Assembly: GCA_951406725.2 (NCBI GenBank)
Contig: OX597815.1
Span: forward strand, 106,950,001 to 107,014,000
Direction of reading: 5' to 3'
Origin: Octopus vulgaris
Taxonomy: Eukaryota
Length of the DNA: 64,000 nucleotides
Shown: positions 54,171-64,000 of the stretch, one piece after another
Layout of the letters: each line of letters begins with the position of its first letter
How positions within the stretch are numbered: position 1 is the stretch's first letter
Made by a program: the position numbers and the translations under genes
Notes under the pieces: model-generated
What the model was told of the DNA's origin: nothing
What the model saw: the letters and a program-made list of their open reading frames with translations, nothing else
The model's database searches: none

Positions 54171-55739
54171 ACCATAAGTCCATATATTGCTGTCTTTGGC
54201 CGACCTTCTTTATTAGATTCTCTTGTTTTAGAAGCGAAGATTCGATTTATATTTTTATAACCGGTTGATTTGTAATTCACAGCAAATATTTTTTTATTTA
54301 GTCGTACAAATTCTTTATAACGTAAATTTGTGCAAATTCACTGTATAAACAAAACTCCAAGACCTCCGTCAACAGTAAAATGCATATCAATAATTGTGAT
54401 CTAAACTAAAATCCAAGCGAAGGAAGTTTTACCGAATGGGAGTTACATCAAGATATACCAAAGATATTCAATCGAAATTCAATACGAAAATATTCAATCA
54501 GATATGGGGAATGCCCAATTCAAGTTCATCTTATATTATCTGTTGAGGTCAGAAATTAATGAACAAGATACTAATCATTCTGTGTCTCAGTTATTCGAGC
54601 AGTAAGTTATTTAGAATAGGTGATCATTCATCAGTGGAACATAAAATTAACTTCGTGGGTAGAAGAAAACTGCACTGAATACCAAAGAAATGCCGCTGTT
54701 TAGACTGAAAAATTATTCTGCAGTAGACTCTCTAAATTGCTGTACCAACGTACAGCTAAATCAACTGGACTGATGTGATTTGAATGGTTTCACTATGAAT
54801 ATATCACATCAACAATGAGAAAATATCACCATAATTTCGGTTAATTGCATTGTATCTTCTAACTGGACACTATTGTCGAAACATTTATGTGACCAATATT
54901 CTAATATCCTAAACTTACTTTTTAAAATAGCTGCAAATTTTACGTTTGTCCCTTAACCTTCCATATTCAGGAATCATCCAAACGCAGTCGAGACATCTCA
55001 TCTCAACTGTACAGCCTCCTTAAATAGAAACCTTGAAAACATTTTTAATGAGGACCAAGTCTTCTTCATTAACCCAAAGGCAGAAACAATACTAGTGTCA
55101 ATGAACCGTTTCACACTACAACTTCTTTTTCATGCGTGAATTACGCATAACAACATCCCCTAAAGTTACTTCTAAGACGATAATTTTCAATTTCTGATCG
55201 TGACTTATAACGATTTCACATACATACTGATCTGAATCTCTAAAAGTTAGGCTTCAATCTTCAAAATTTTTTAAAATTGTTTTTAACTTTCTTGAAAATC
55301 AAGGGTGATCCATATAAGAGTACTGCTTACATATTTGGGAAGACGGTATCATTACATACAGATATTGTTTATTTTCGTCTCTACAATAACATTTGTTTCT
55401 CTTCACTAGTAATCTAACATACCACTTCTGCTCACGACCCACCCAATACACCTCTGTCTGCATCCTGCCATCCTTACTATATCTCATTTCTTGAGTCGGT
55501 GCGAGAAATTTACCAAATGATTTCTTCTCCGCTTCATCCAACTCTTTTCCTGTCTGCCATTTTTCAGCAGTCGCGGAAAGAGATTTCAAATGAGCATCAA
55601 CCATATCGAACTCAGCAGAACCTAGAGTAGTCATAGATACTACCCTCTTTTCTCTAATTAACTTTTTAAAAAGTAAAACAAAAACTTATTTAATCAGTTA
55701 TACATCAATTATTGTAAACTGTAATATCCGAATACCTAC

Positions 55740-55863
55740 CCGAACACAGGCGGTGAAACTGGTGCTCCGTTTTTAAAGAAATCGGGTGAAAATTCAACTG
55801 TTTTGTAAAATTTGTCACCAAGATTAATACAAGGCCTGCCATTTCTTTTATCGATCATTTTAC
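55740..55863 (-). CDS. SPATS1: SPATS1-like, internal exon
   Basis: Acceptor attatag|, donor |gtaggt; 124 nt, phase 1->2; (G)KMIDKRNGRPCINLGDKFYKTVEFSPDFFKNGAPVSPPVF(G), matching the recalled IDxRNGxP..GD..Y..E.S..F.K.G motif. Confidence 0.88.
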
Positions 55864-56481
55864 CTATAATTTACAACAGTAACTTTACAATACTACAAAG
55901 GAATAAATTACTGTATCTCATCATAATTAAACACAAATCAACTTAAAAATAATTTCTAATGGCCCTACATCACAAATTTTAGATAAGACCGAATCAAGTC
56001 AAGTACTTCTCTAATATTATTTTATCGACCCTGACAAAGATTTCAATACAAAACGTAAAGGAACACAATATACTTTGCTTGGCTTTATACGAAGTCAAAG
56101 CTTTGACGTCACTTGAGGAGTTCAATAGCATATGTGAGCTCAGGAGTTGTGTGTTCATATCACATGGCAAGCGTTGTGTTAAATCAAGAAACTTTTTTCT
56201 TTAAAAAACAAAAAAAAAAAATATTTATGTGGTTTTCGAAAGAGAAGTGAATTGCAGATCATCGAACAAAGTGTTTTGCTGTATTTAGTTACGTCCTTTA
56301 CCTCTTAGGTTTAATTTTACTTTGCATTCTTACCAAATCGATAAAATGAGTTTTTTTGTCTTCGTCGTAAGAAAATATTGTAATTTATTAGTTATGATAT
56401 GGTTAAAAATATGAAAGATGGATGGGGTTTAGTTATGTTAATTAACAGATTGTTTGATTAATTCACAATTGAAAGGGGAAA

Positions 56482-56571
56482 TGAATGAATATGCCTATAA
56501 TATGCCTATAGCGAAGTGAATGAATATGCCTATAATATGCCTATAGCGAAGTGAATGAATATGCCTATAAT
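56482..56571. repeat. 35-bp tandem repeat, about 2.5 copies
   Basis: Unit tgaatgaatatgcctataatatgcctatagcgaag. Confidence 0.9.
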
Positions 56572-57429
56572 TATAAAGACAAATATATATGCAATCTATT
56601 TGTAATTATAGTTACATTGTTTCAATGACATTAACAAAATGCATCATTCGGGAAAATAAGAATGCAGTAAATATAATATACTGAGGAAAACTAATAGAAA
56701 ATATTAATGGTTATAAAAATGTCATGATATAAATGCTTAACGTGTCCTTTACGGAAATTTGAATGCCATAAGCTGATGGCAGCAAACTTATTTAGATTAC
56801 ACTCACCAATTGATTTGACCTGCGTCATGTTAAGATTTAAGATCTCTATCGGAAAGATGGCCTTTGATCCTACATTTTCCATGTTTTACTTCTTCCCAAG
56901 CTCGGTCAATAACAGGAGATTTATGTTATTAAAGAAAATAAACGTAATGGTTGACGTTTACTTATTTTTTAATTTTTTTGATAGATTATTTTTGCTGATG
57001 TCGTTGCTTGACTTGAAACAAGAATTTGGATTAAAACATTCATTAATAACGCATCCAGCTACTTCCCTATGTGAGATGAAGCGTCCAGCAGCTTATTCAA
57101 TCTATCATTCCCTCGTGAAGACAATTTAGAAATATAAAAAAGAAAAAAGATTTAAAAGTGCATAAATTCTTCCCAAATATTCCATGCTTGTTTACAACGC
57201 AACGAATGAATATTAGGAAAGAGTTTAAAAGAAAATGATATTTTAGCTTTGCATTTTTTTCTTCTGTAATTACAGCATTAAATAATTCTGAAGCGGAAAT
57301 AAACGGAACTAAGAAAAAGGTTTTTCCCTTGCCGCAAAAAGTTATTTTTCCCTTTCTTATCTATTTTTTTTCTTTCCATGAAATATCTAATTATCAATTT
57401 GAATCTAAAATTGGTTTTAACATATACAA

Positions 57430-57710
57430 TATGACATGGCTGTGTGGTAAGAAGTTTGCTTCCCAGTCACACGGTTCCAGGATCAGTCCCACAGCTTGGC
57501 ACCTTGGACAAATATCTTCTGCTACTTGTGAGTGGATTTGGTAGACGGAAACTGAAAGAAGCTCGTCTTATATATATCTATATCTACGTATGTGTGTCTT
57601 TGTGTTTGTGTTTGTCCGCCACCACCACTTGACAACCTGGGGTCTATTCGTTCTATTAAAATCTATTCAAGGCAGTGTCTGAGCATGGGCGCAGTCTAAT
57701 GACCGAAAAT
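57430..57710 (+). mobile_element. tRNA-derived SINE family B (internally deleted)
   Basis: tggctgtgtggtaag head and gtgagtggatttggtagacggaaactgaaagaagc body. Confidence 0.75.
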
Positions 57711-57894
57711 TTGCTTTAGTTTACCCTATACTTGATGTGAAGACGTGAGGCCAAGTGGTAATGGTGTTGTGATCACAAGATCGTGTTTTTAATTTCCTGA
57801 CTGGCGGTGTGTTATGTTCAGGAGCAAGACACTTCATTTCACCTTGCTCCTGTCCATTCAACTTTTGGTTCGTTGTTTTTAACATTTTAACATT

Positions 57895-58748
57895 CCGTCG
57901 GCGGAATTTGAACTCAGAACGTAAGAACGGACGAAACGCCGCTAAGCATTTTGTCCAGCGTGCTAACGATTCTGCCAACTCGCTGCCTTAAACGTGTATC
58001 TTTGCATCGAACTGACGAAACATTTAGCAGGGATGTTGGCCTGTCCGCCTAGCCAGTGTGTTGGCATCATACGAAAGCTACAACAATGAGAGAAAGCGCA
58101 TTGTGACCAACGGTGTGTAACATCCGATAGTACAGTCGATATAGTAATGATATTTGATATTTTATATGTTAAAAACAACGAGCCAAAACTCTTGTTTTAT
58201 TTTGCTTGCTACTTCAGTCCTTACGGTTAGAAAGTTACATACTGGTTTCAAATTTTGACATAGGCTAGCAATTTCAGGTGGGGTGGAGAGTCGATTACAT
58301 TGACCCGAGTGCTCAACTGGTACTTATTTCATTGATCCTGAAAGGATGAAAGACAAAGTCGACCTCGGCGGAATTTGAATTCAGAACAGAAAGTCGGACG
58401 AAATGCCGCTGAGTGCTACCGAGTCTGTTAAAACCTTCGTATTGAAGGTATAGCGAATAAATGAAAAAATAACATCTTATTTGACACACAGATTGTAGTG
58501 AAGATGCTGAGAGATTTCAAATTTTCATTATAGTTTTACTAATAATACTTTTGAAGTTTATTTACATAATAGTAATAGTAATCTTTTTTGTTATAGGCAC
58601 AAGAGCTGAAATTTAGGAGAGGGAGCAAGTCGATCACATCGACCCCCAGGGCTCAACGTCGGCGGAATTTGATCTCGGAACGTAAGGACGGACGAAACGC
58701 CGCTAAGCATTTTGTTCAGCGTGCTAACGATTCTGCCAACTCGCAGCC

Positions 58749-58750
<2 letters not shown>
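57895..58750 (-). mobile_element. Three SINE family A copies or fragments (57895-57990, 58245-58415, 58590-58750)
   Basis: cggcggaatttga core in each. Confidence 0.75.
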
Positions 58751-58819
<69 letters not shown>

Positions 58820-59040
58820 TGTCGGAGCCCTGAGAATAGTGAGTAAAAATCTTGAGAAGTATATGGAACAAATAGGGGCTGCAATAAGGGTGGATCATTT
58901 GCAGAACACAGCACTGCTTGAAACCGCTCGAATACTCTGGACGGTGCTCGAAAAATAAGAGGTGTTACTTTAGCTCACTGGTAGTGAACAGCTGATACCG
59001 TAGTACATCTCCAGCGTCAGAAGCTGTGCAAAGGCAATAA
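58820..59040 (+). mobile_element. R4/Dong-like 3' end in (TAA)n
   Basis: Near-identical to 19635-19850; preceded by (AAT)n. Confidence 0.85.
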
Positions 59041-59174
59041 TAACAATAGCAATAATCCTTTCTACTGGAAGTACAAGGCCTGAAATTTGGTGGGAGGGAT
59101 TAAGCCGATTACATCGACCCCAGTGCGTAGCTGGTACTTATTTAATCGACCCCGAAAGGATGAAAGGCAAAGAC

Positions 59175-59602
59175 GACTATGATTTTCAGACGGATCGTGT
59201 AATCGAACACTGTCGGCCGGATATTGTCATATTGAATAAGAGAGACAAATACTGTCAGAACATTGTTGTAGCCATACCAAATGACATGAATGTTGTGAGT
59301 AAAGAGGTTGAAAAAATCACCAAGTATTCCAAATTGAAAGTGGAAATGGTAAGAGTGTATGGAATGCGAGAGGGTAATGTAAAAGTGATACCAGTGGTGA
59401 TTGGAGCGTTGGGCTCATTCCGTTGAAACTTCAAGACTTCTTAAGGCAACTGGAAATCCCATGCAAGATTGATGTCTCGCAAAAAGCAGCCTTATTGGGC
59501 ACAGCACATATCTTAAGGAAAGTATTATCTGTCTCAGGTCCTTGTGATTTGACAGATGACTAAAGATACCGGTGCATTTTTACCTACACTGTGTTACGAA
59601 GG
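59175..59602 (+). mobile_element. R4/Dong-like RLE domain and 3' end (second TAA-associated subfamily)
   Basis: DFQTDRVIEHCRPDIVIL..EKITKY..VIPVVIGALG..QKAALLGTAHILRKVL; followed by (AAT)/(AAC) repeats. Confidence 0.88.
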
Positions 59603-59614
59603 AATAATAATAAT

Positions 59615-60258
<644 letters not shown>

Positions 60259-60359
60259 ATAATAATAATAATAATAATAATGATAAAGATGATAATAGCA
60301 ATGATAATGATATCGGGAAAATGCAACGTCTGGTAAATATACAATACAGCACCTCCTAC

Positions 60360-60494
60360 CAAATAAGTCAAAGAAATGGAATTGATTGTCCAAGATATTT
60401 TCTGGACGCTGCCCAAACAATAGTTGCTTATAATGTAGAAAACTCCTATGGTCAAGATTGTTCCAACAGCCAGCAGATGTAGATTTCACAAATT
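60360..60494 (-). CDS. SPATS1: SPATS1-like, internal exon
   Basis: Acceptor ttttcaag|, donor G|gtagga; 135 nt, phase 1->1; (E)FVKSTSAGCWNNLDHRSFLHYKQLLFGQRPENILDNQFHFFDLF(G). Boundaries are less certain. Confidence 0.62.
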
Positions 60495-60548
60495 CTTGAA
60501 AACTAAGAAACACAAAAACATTGAGCATTACAAAACATGAACATTTAC

Positions 60549-60719
60549 CTGGGCGTTTTCTTATCGGTAACCATTCTCTATCTTTTGCTGCAGAAAGCTG
60601 ATAATATTTCGAAAATTCCAATTTTGTCGCTTCAGAAACGCCAAATAGGTAAGTGTGAATTCTTTTTGCACAATTTTGGTGAAATAGCCACTCATCTTCG
60701 ACAGTAGGATAATTTTCAG
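60549..60719 (-). CDS. SPATS1: SPATS1-like, internal exon
   Basis: Acceptor ttctctttaaag|, donor CAG|gtaaat; 171 nt, phase 1->1; ENYPTVEDEWLFHQNCAKRIHTYLFGVSEATKLEFSKYYQLSAAKDREWLPIRKRP. Confidence 0.78.
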
Positions 60720-61469
60720 CTTTAAAGAGAAAAAAATATCATATTCATTATAATGTACAAACCATAAAATAGTTAAAATCACAACCAGTCTAACAGCATG
60801 AAAATAAACTATTGCGAACTATAGGCTCTGTAACTTAAATATCTTGCAGAAATAATTGGAGACCGTCAGAAAAATGTTCCACAATGTTATAGTCATCATC
60901 ATGATCGCATTTCTTTTTGTAAAACACAAAGATGGTTCTGACGGAGCAAACTTATGCTCAAAGACATTCCACCTATAAATATATCTTTTTTTTTCAGGCA
61001 TAGTGTACCCTGGACTACATTGTCCAGTGAATCCTTCCTTTTTGTAAACGACCTGATATGACTTGATAGAGATTTGACTGCTATTTCTAGTAGACATAGC
61101 AGTCAGGTAGAAGTTCCCTCATTCGTTTATGTTGCTGTGCAGACTCAGATCAGCAAATATTGAGCAGTCCTATGGCTTGAAGGTAGTCGCCGAGCGTCTA
61201 GGTGTTATTGTATAGTTTACATATAATATGAGAGGAGGTAATACTGTCAGCATATCTAATAAAATTCTTATAAATACTTGTTTTTATTAATAGAACGGGT
61301 TGAAGCCATTTCGTCGAAATGATAGCACAATCGTCCAGATACGCGATACGTACGTGGTTCGACTATGTAGTAAGATCATCTGTCTTAGACCGTACTTATA
61401 CACAACAATCAAAGAGAGAGAGAGGGGGGATTCATCTATATATATATTATATATTATATATCCATCTAA

Positions 61470-61920
<451 letters not shown>

Positions 61921-62031
61921 ATGTATGTATGTATGTATAGATAGGTGGAGAGAGAGAGAGCAGATTTAGTTACTCAGAATTTTATACAAGGAAGCAATCT
62001 TCAGACAAGGTATATTACATTTTGTATTTAC

Positions 62032-62086
62032 TCTTCATGGGCCGGCGGAGTTGGAATTTATTTTTGCGCATTTCCGCACTATCCAT
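62032..62086 (-). CDS. SPATS1: SPATS1-like, candidate first coding exon
   Basis: MDSAEMRKNKFQLRRPMK + donor A|gtaaat in phase 1, which fits the next exon; in-frame stop upstream. No homology support. Confidence 0.5.
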
Positions 62087-62602
62087 AAAGTAACATTTGT
62101 TTAATACATGTGTGAGAGCATGATACAGAACATGAAATTTAGCACCTTAGAGGTATATATTTGTAATTATTAGCGTTTAATGGAGGGGAATTAAAATATA
62201 ATTGATTGACTGAAGAAAAACCTTTATTGAAAAAAATCAACATTTTTTTATAGTTTTATAAACTATACGTATATCACTAAATATGAAATAAAACAAAATT
62301 ATTTAGTATTTCGATTCATACCAGTACAAATACCAAGAAAATTGACTTATAGTTCATCAAAATATCTGAGAAAAGAACAGAAAAAATAATTTCACACAAG
62401 GCCAATGGGTCCAGTTGGACTCCAATCGCCATATTTTACGCTATAACATCCATATGATTGGAAATGTTTAACTAAAAATTTGTATGTGCATACATAAATT
62501 TGTGTGTGCATATATAAAAGTCATGAGATTTATCTAAAAATCATTTAGATAAAAAATGTAAAAGTTGCATAACTATACATACATACATAGATACATACAT
62601 AT

Positions 62603-62649
<47 letters not shown>

Positions 62650-62655
<6 letters not shown>

Positions 62656-63173
62656 GGTATGTAGAAAAATACAACATGGACAAGAACGTATAACTCTTAG
62701 AAGACGATACAATAAACACGGACAGGACATTCGAAACCCTCAGTCTTCAGTCAAGAACCGGATCATCGTAGTAATTTCGGCTGATTAATCTTGAGATTAC
62801 TAGATCACGGCCAGCCCTCCAAGAAAAACTAAGCAACGAGCATTAGAAAAACTAAGCTGGAAGCGTAGATTTCCTGGAAGAAGGATCGAATGCATACGAA
62901 CACCGGGACAGCAAAAGGGACAGATATAAAAAAACAAAAAACAATAATGGAATACAGAAACATGAAATACAGAAGCATTAACGGTGAAAACAACACGTGT
63001 CTTACGACTGATAACAAGCAAACAAATTTTTTCTCTGGCGCATTGGAAGAAGCCTTTATAGTGGCGGACGAAAAACAACGATGTTAACACGACGAGGGTC
63101 AGGAGCTGAAAGGCAGATTTCGGCCAACAGTCACGTGACAGAGAAGAGGGAAAAGAAAAGAAAGAGAAGCAAA

Positions 63174-63217
<44 letters not shown>

Positions 63218-63470
63218 GAGGGACAAACGCAACAAAGAGAGAGAAGAGAGAGAAAGAAGGAATCAGAGAGGAGAAGGGATGGGTGTCGAAGAATGACCTG
63301 TGAGTGCAGAGCGAGACAAAGAAATAGGAGGGTAGTGGAAGACTAGACCAAAGAATCAGAGGAAAGAGAAGAGAAAAAGAAGATGAGTAGAGAGAAAAGA
63401 GAGAGAGGGTGACAGATCAAGTAAAAATGAGAGAGAGAGAGAGACAAACAGAGAGTCGTACCAATTATTA
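62650..63470 (-). mobile_element. Penelope-like 3'/pLTR remnant
   Basis: Related to 49130-49765. Confidence 0.45.
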
Positions 63471-63480
63471 AGAATATGTG

Positions 63481-63519
<39 letters not shown>

Positions 63520-63520
<1 letters not shown>

Positions 63521-64000
63521 GGTGTTAAACGTAGGTGTTATTCATATTCTTTTTCTTCCGACATATGTTTCGAAGATACCATCGGTATTATTCCAAAGGG
63601 ATAAAATGGTGTAAAACAATGTAATCTTCTCTTCAGGGAAATGAAAAAATAAAACTCGTCAATAAGACATTTTAACAGATTATGATGGATATGTATAGTG
63701 ATGAACTGAACGCTATTAAGTTGTTTCTTTTTTAAACCTTAGAGGATATGACTCAAAGGTAGCCTATAGAAAGAGGAGGGGTAAAGGAAAGAAAAAAATC
63801 AGAAACCAAATAAATGAGAAGTATGGAATGATATGTAAATTAAATAAAACCCTTAAGTCTTAGAACAAGATATAGCTAGTGGAAGTGAAATGTAAGAAGA
63901 AAATCAATATTTAAATTATATATAATGGTAGATATCACTTATATGAACTAAAAGTGTGTTTCTGCCAATGTTTACATCGGTAAGCACGCTCTATAACCGT
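63520..64000 (-). mobile_element. Penelope-like pLTR (continues off window)
   Basis: Contains a canonical hammerhead; begins next to (TA)n. Confidence 0.6.
63556..63640 (-). ncRNA. Type I hammerhead ribozyme motif
   Basis: uucc CUGAAGA gaagau...aucuuc GAAAC auau GUC ggaa: intact core, all three stems, GUC cleavage triplet. Confidence 0.82.

Noticed and set aside
54171-54340. Exon-like segment with acceptor and gtgaga donor
   Set aside because: All three frames from the acceptor hit stops, and the donor lies at an RTE-tail junction.
54919-55018. Exon-like segment ending in gtaagt
   Set aside because: Its only open frame needs phase 1, which is incompatible with the phase-2 upstream SPATS1 donor.
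56482-56571. 35-bp repeat of CRISPR-like length
   Set aside because: Direct tandem copies with no spacers, no cas genes, eukaryotic context.

Overview
AT-rich, microsatellite-saturated eukaryotic genomic DNA. The SINE and microsatellite landscape looks like an octopod cephalopod (inference from repeat content). Nearly all ORFs in the supplied track are microsatellite artefacts or transposon debris. Manual splice-site reading recovers two spliced minus-strand genes that the ORF track largely misses. (1) A complete 6-exon, 211-aa four-transmembrane CD20/MS4A-superfamily-like gene (CDS 23323->565), in which every intron phase joins correctly. (2) A SPATS1-like gene (about 221 aa, 6 predicted exons, 62086->34270) whose C-terminal motifs match SPATS1 as I recall it. 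Introns and intergenic DNA hold tRNA-derived SINEs, decayed Tc1, mariner and maT-type transposons, MITEs, Helitron ends, and many Penelope-like elements (GIY-YIG, inverted pLTRs, hammerhead ribozymes). They also hold restriction-like-endonuclease (RLE, R4/Dong-type) retrotransposons. The most unusual signals are an RLE lineage that sits in (CATA)n microsatellites while a second lineage sits in (TAA)n, a discrete ~520-bp non-coding element found only in (TAA)n, and head-to-tail SINE concatemers with a fixed internal junction. No databases were searched; family calls rest on recalled motifs.
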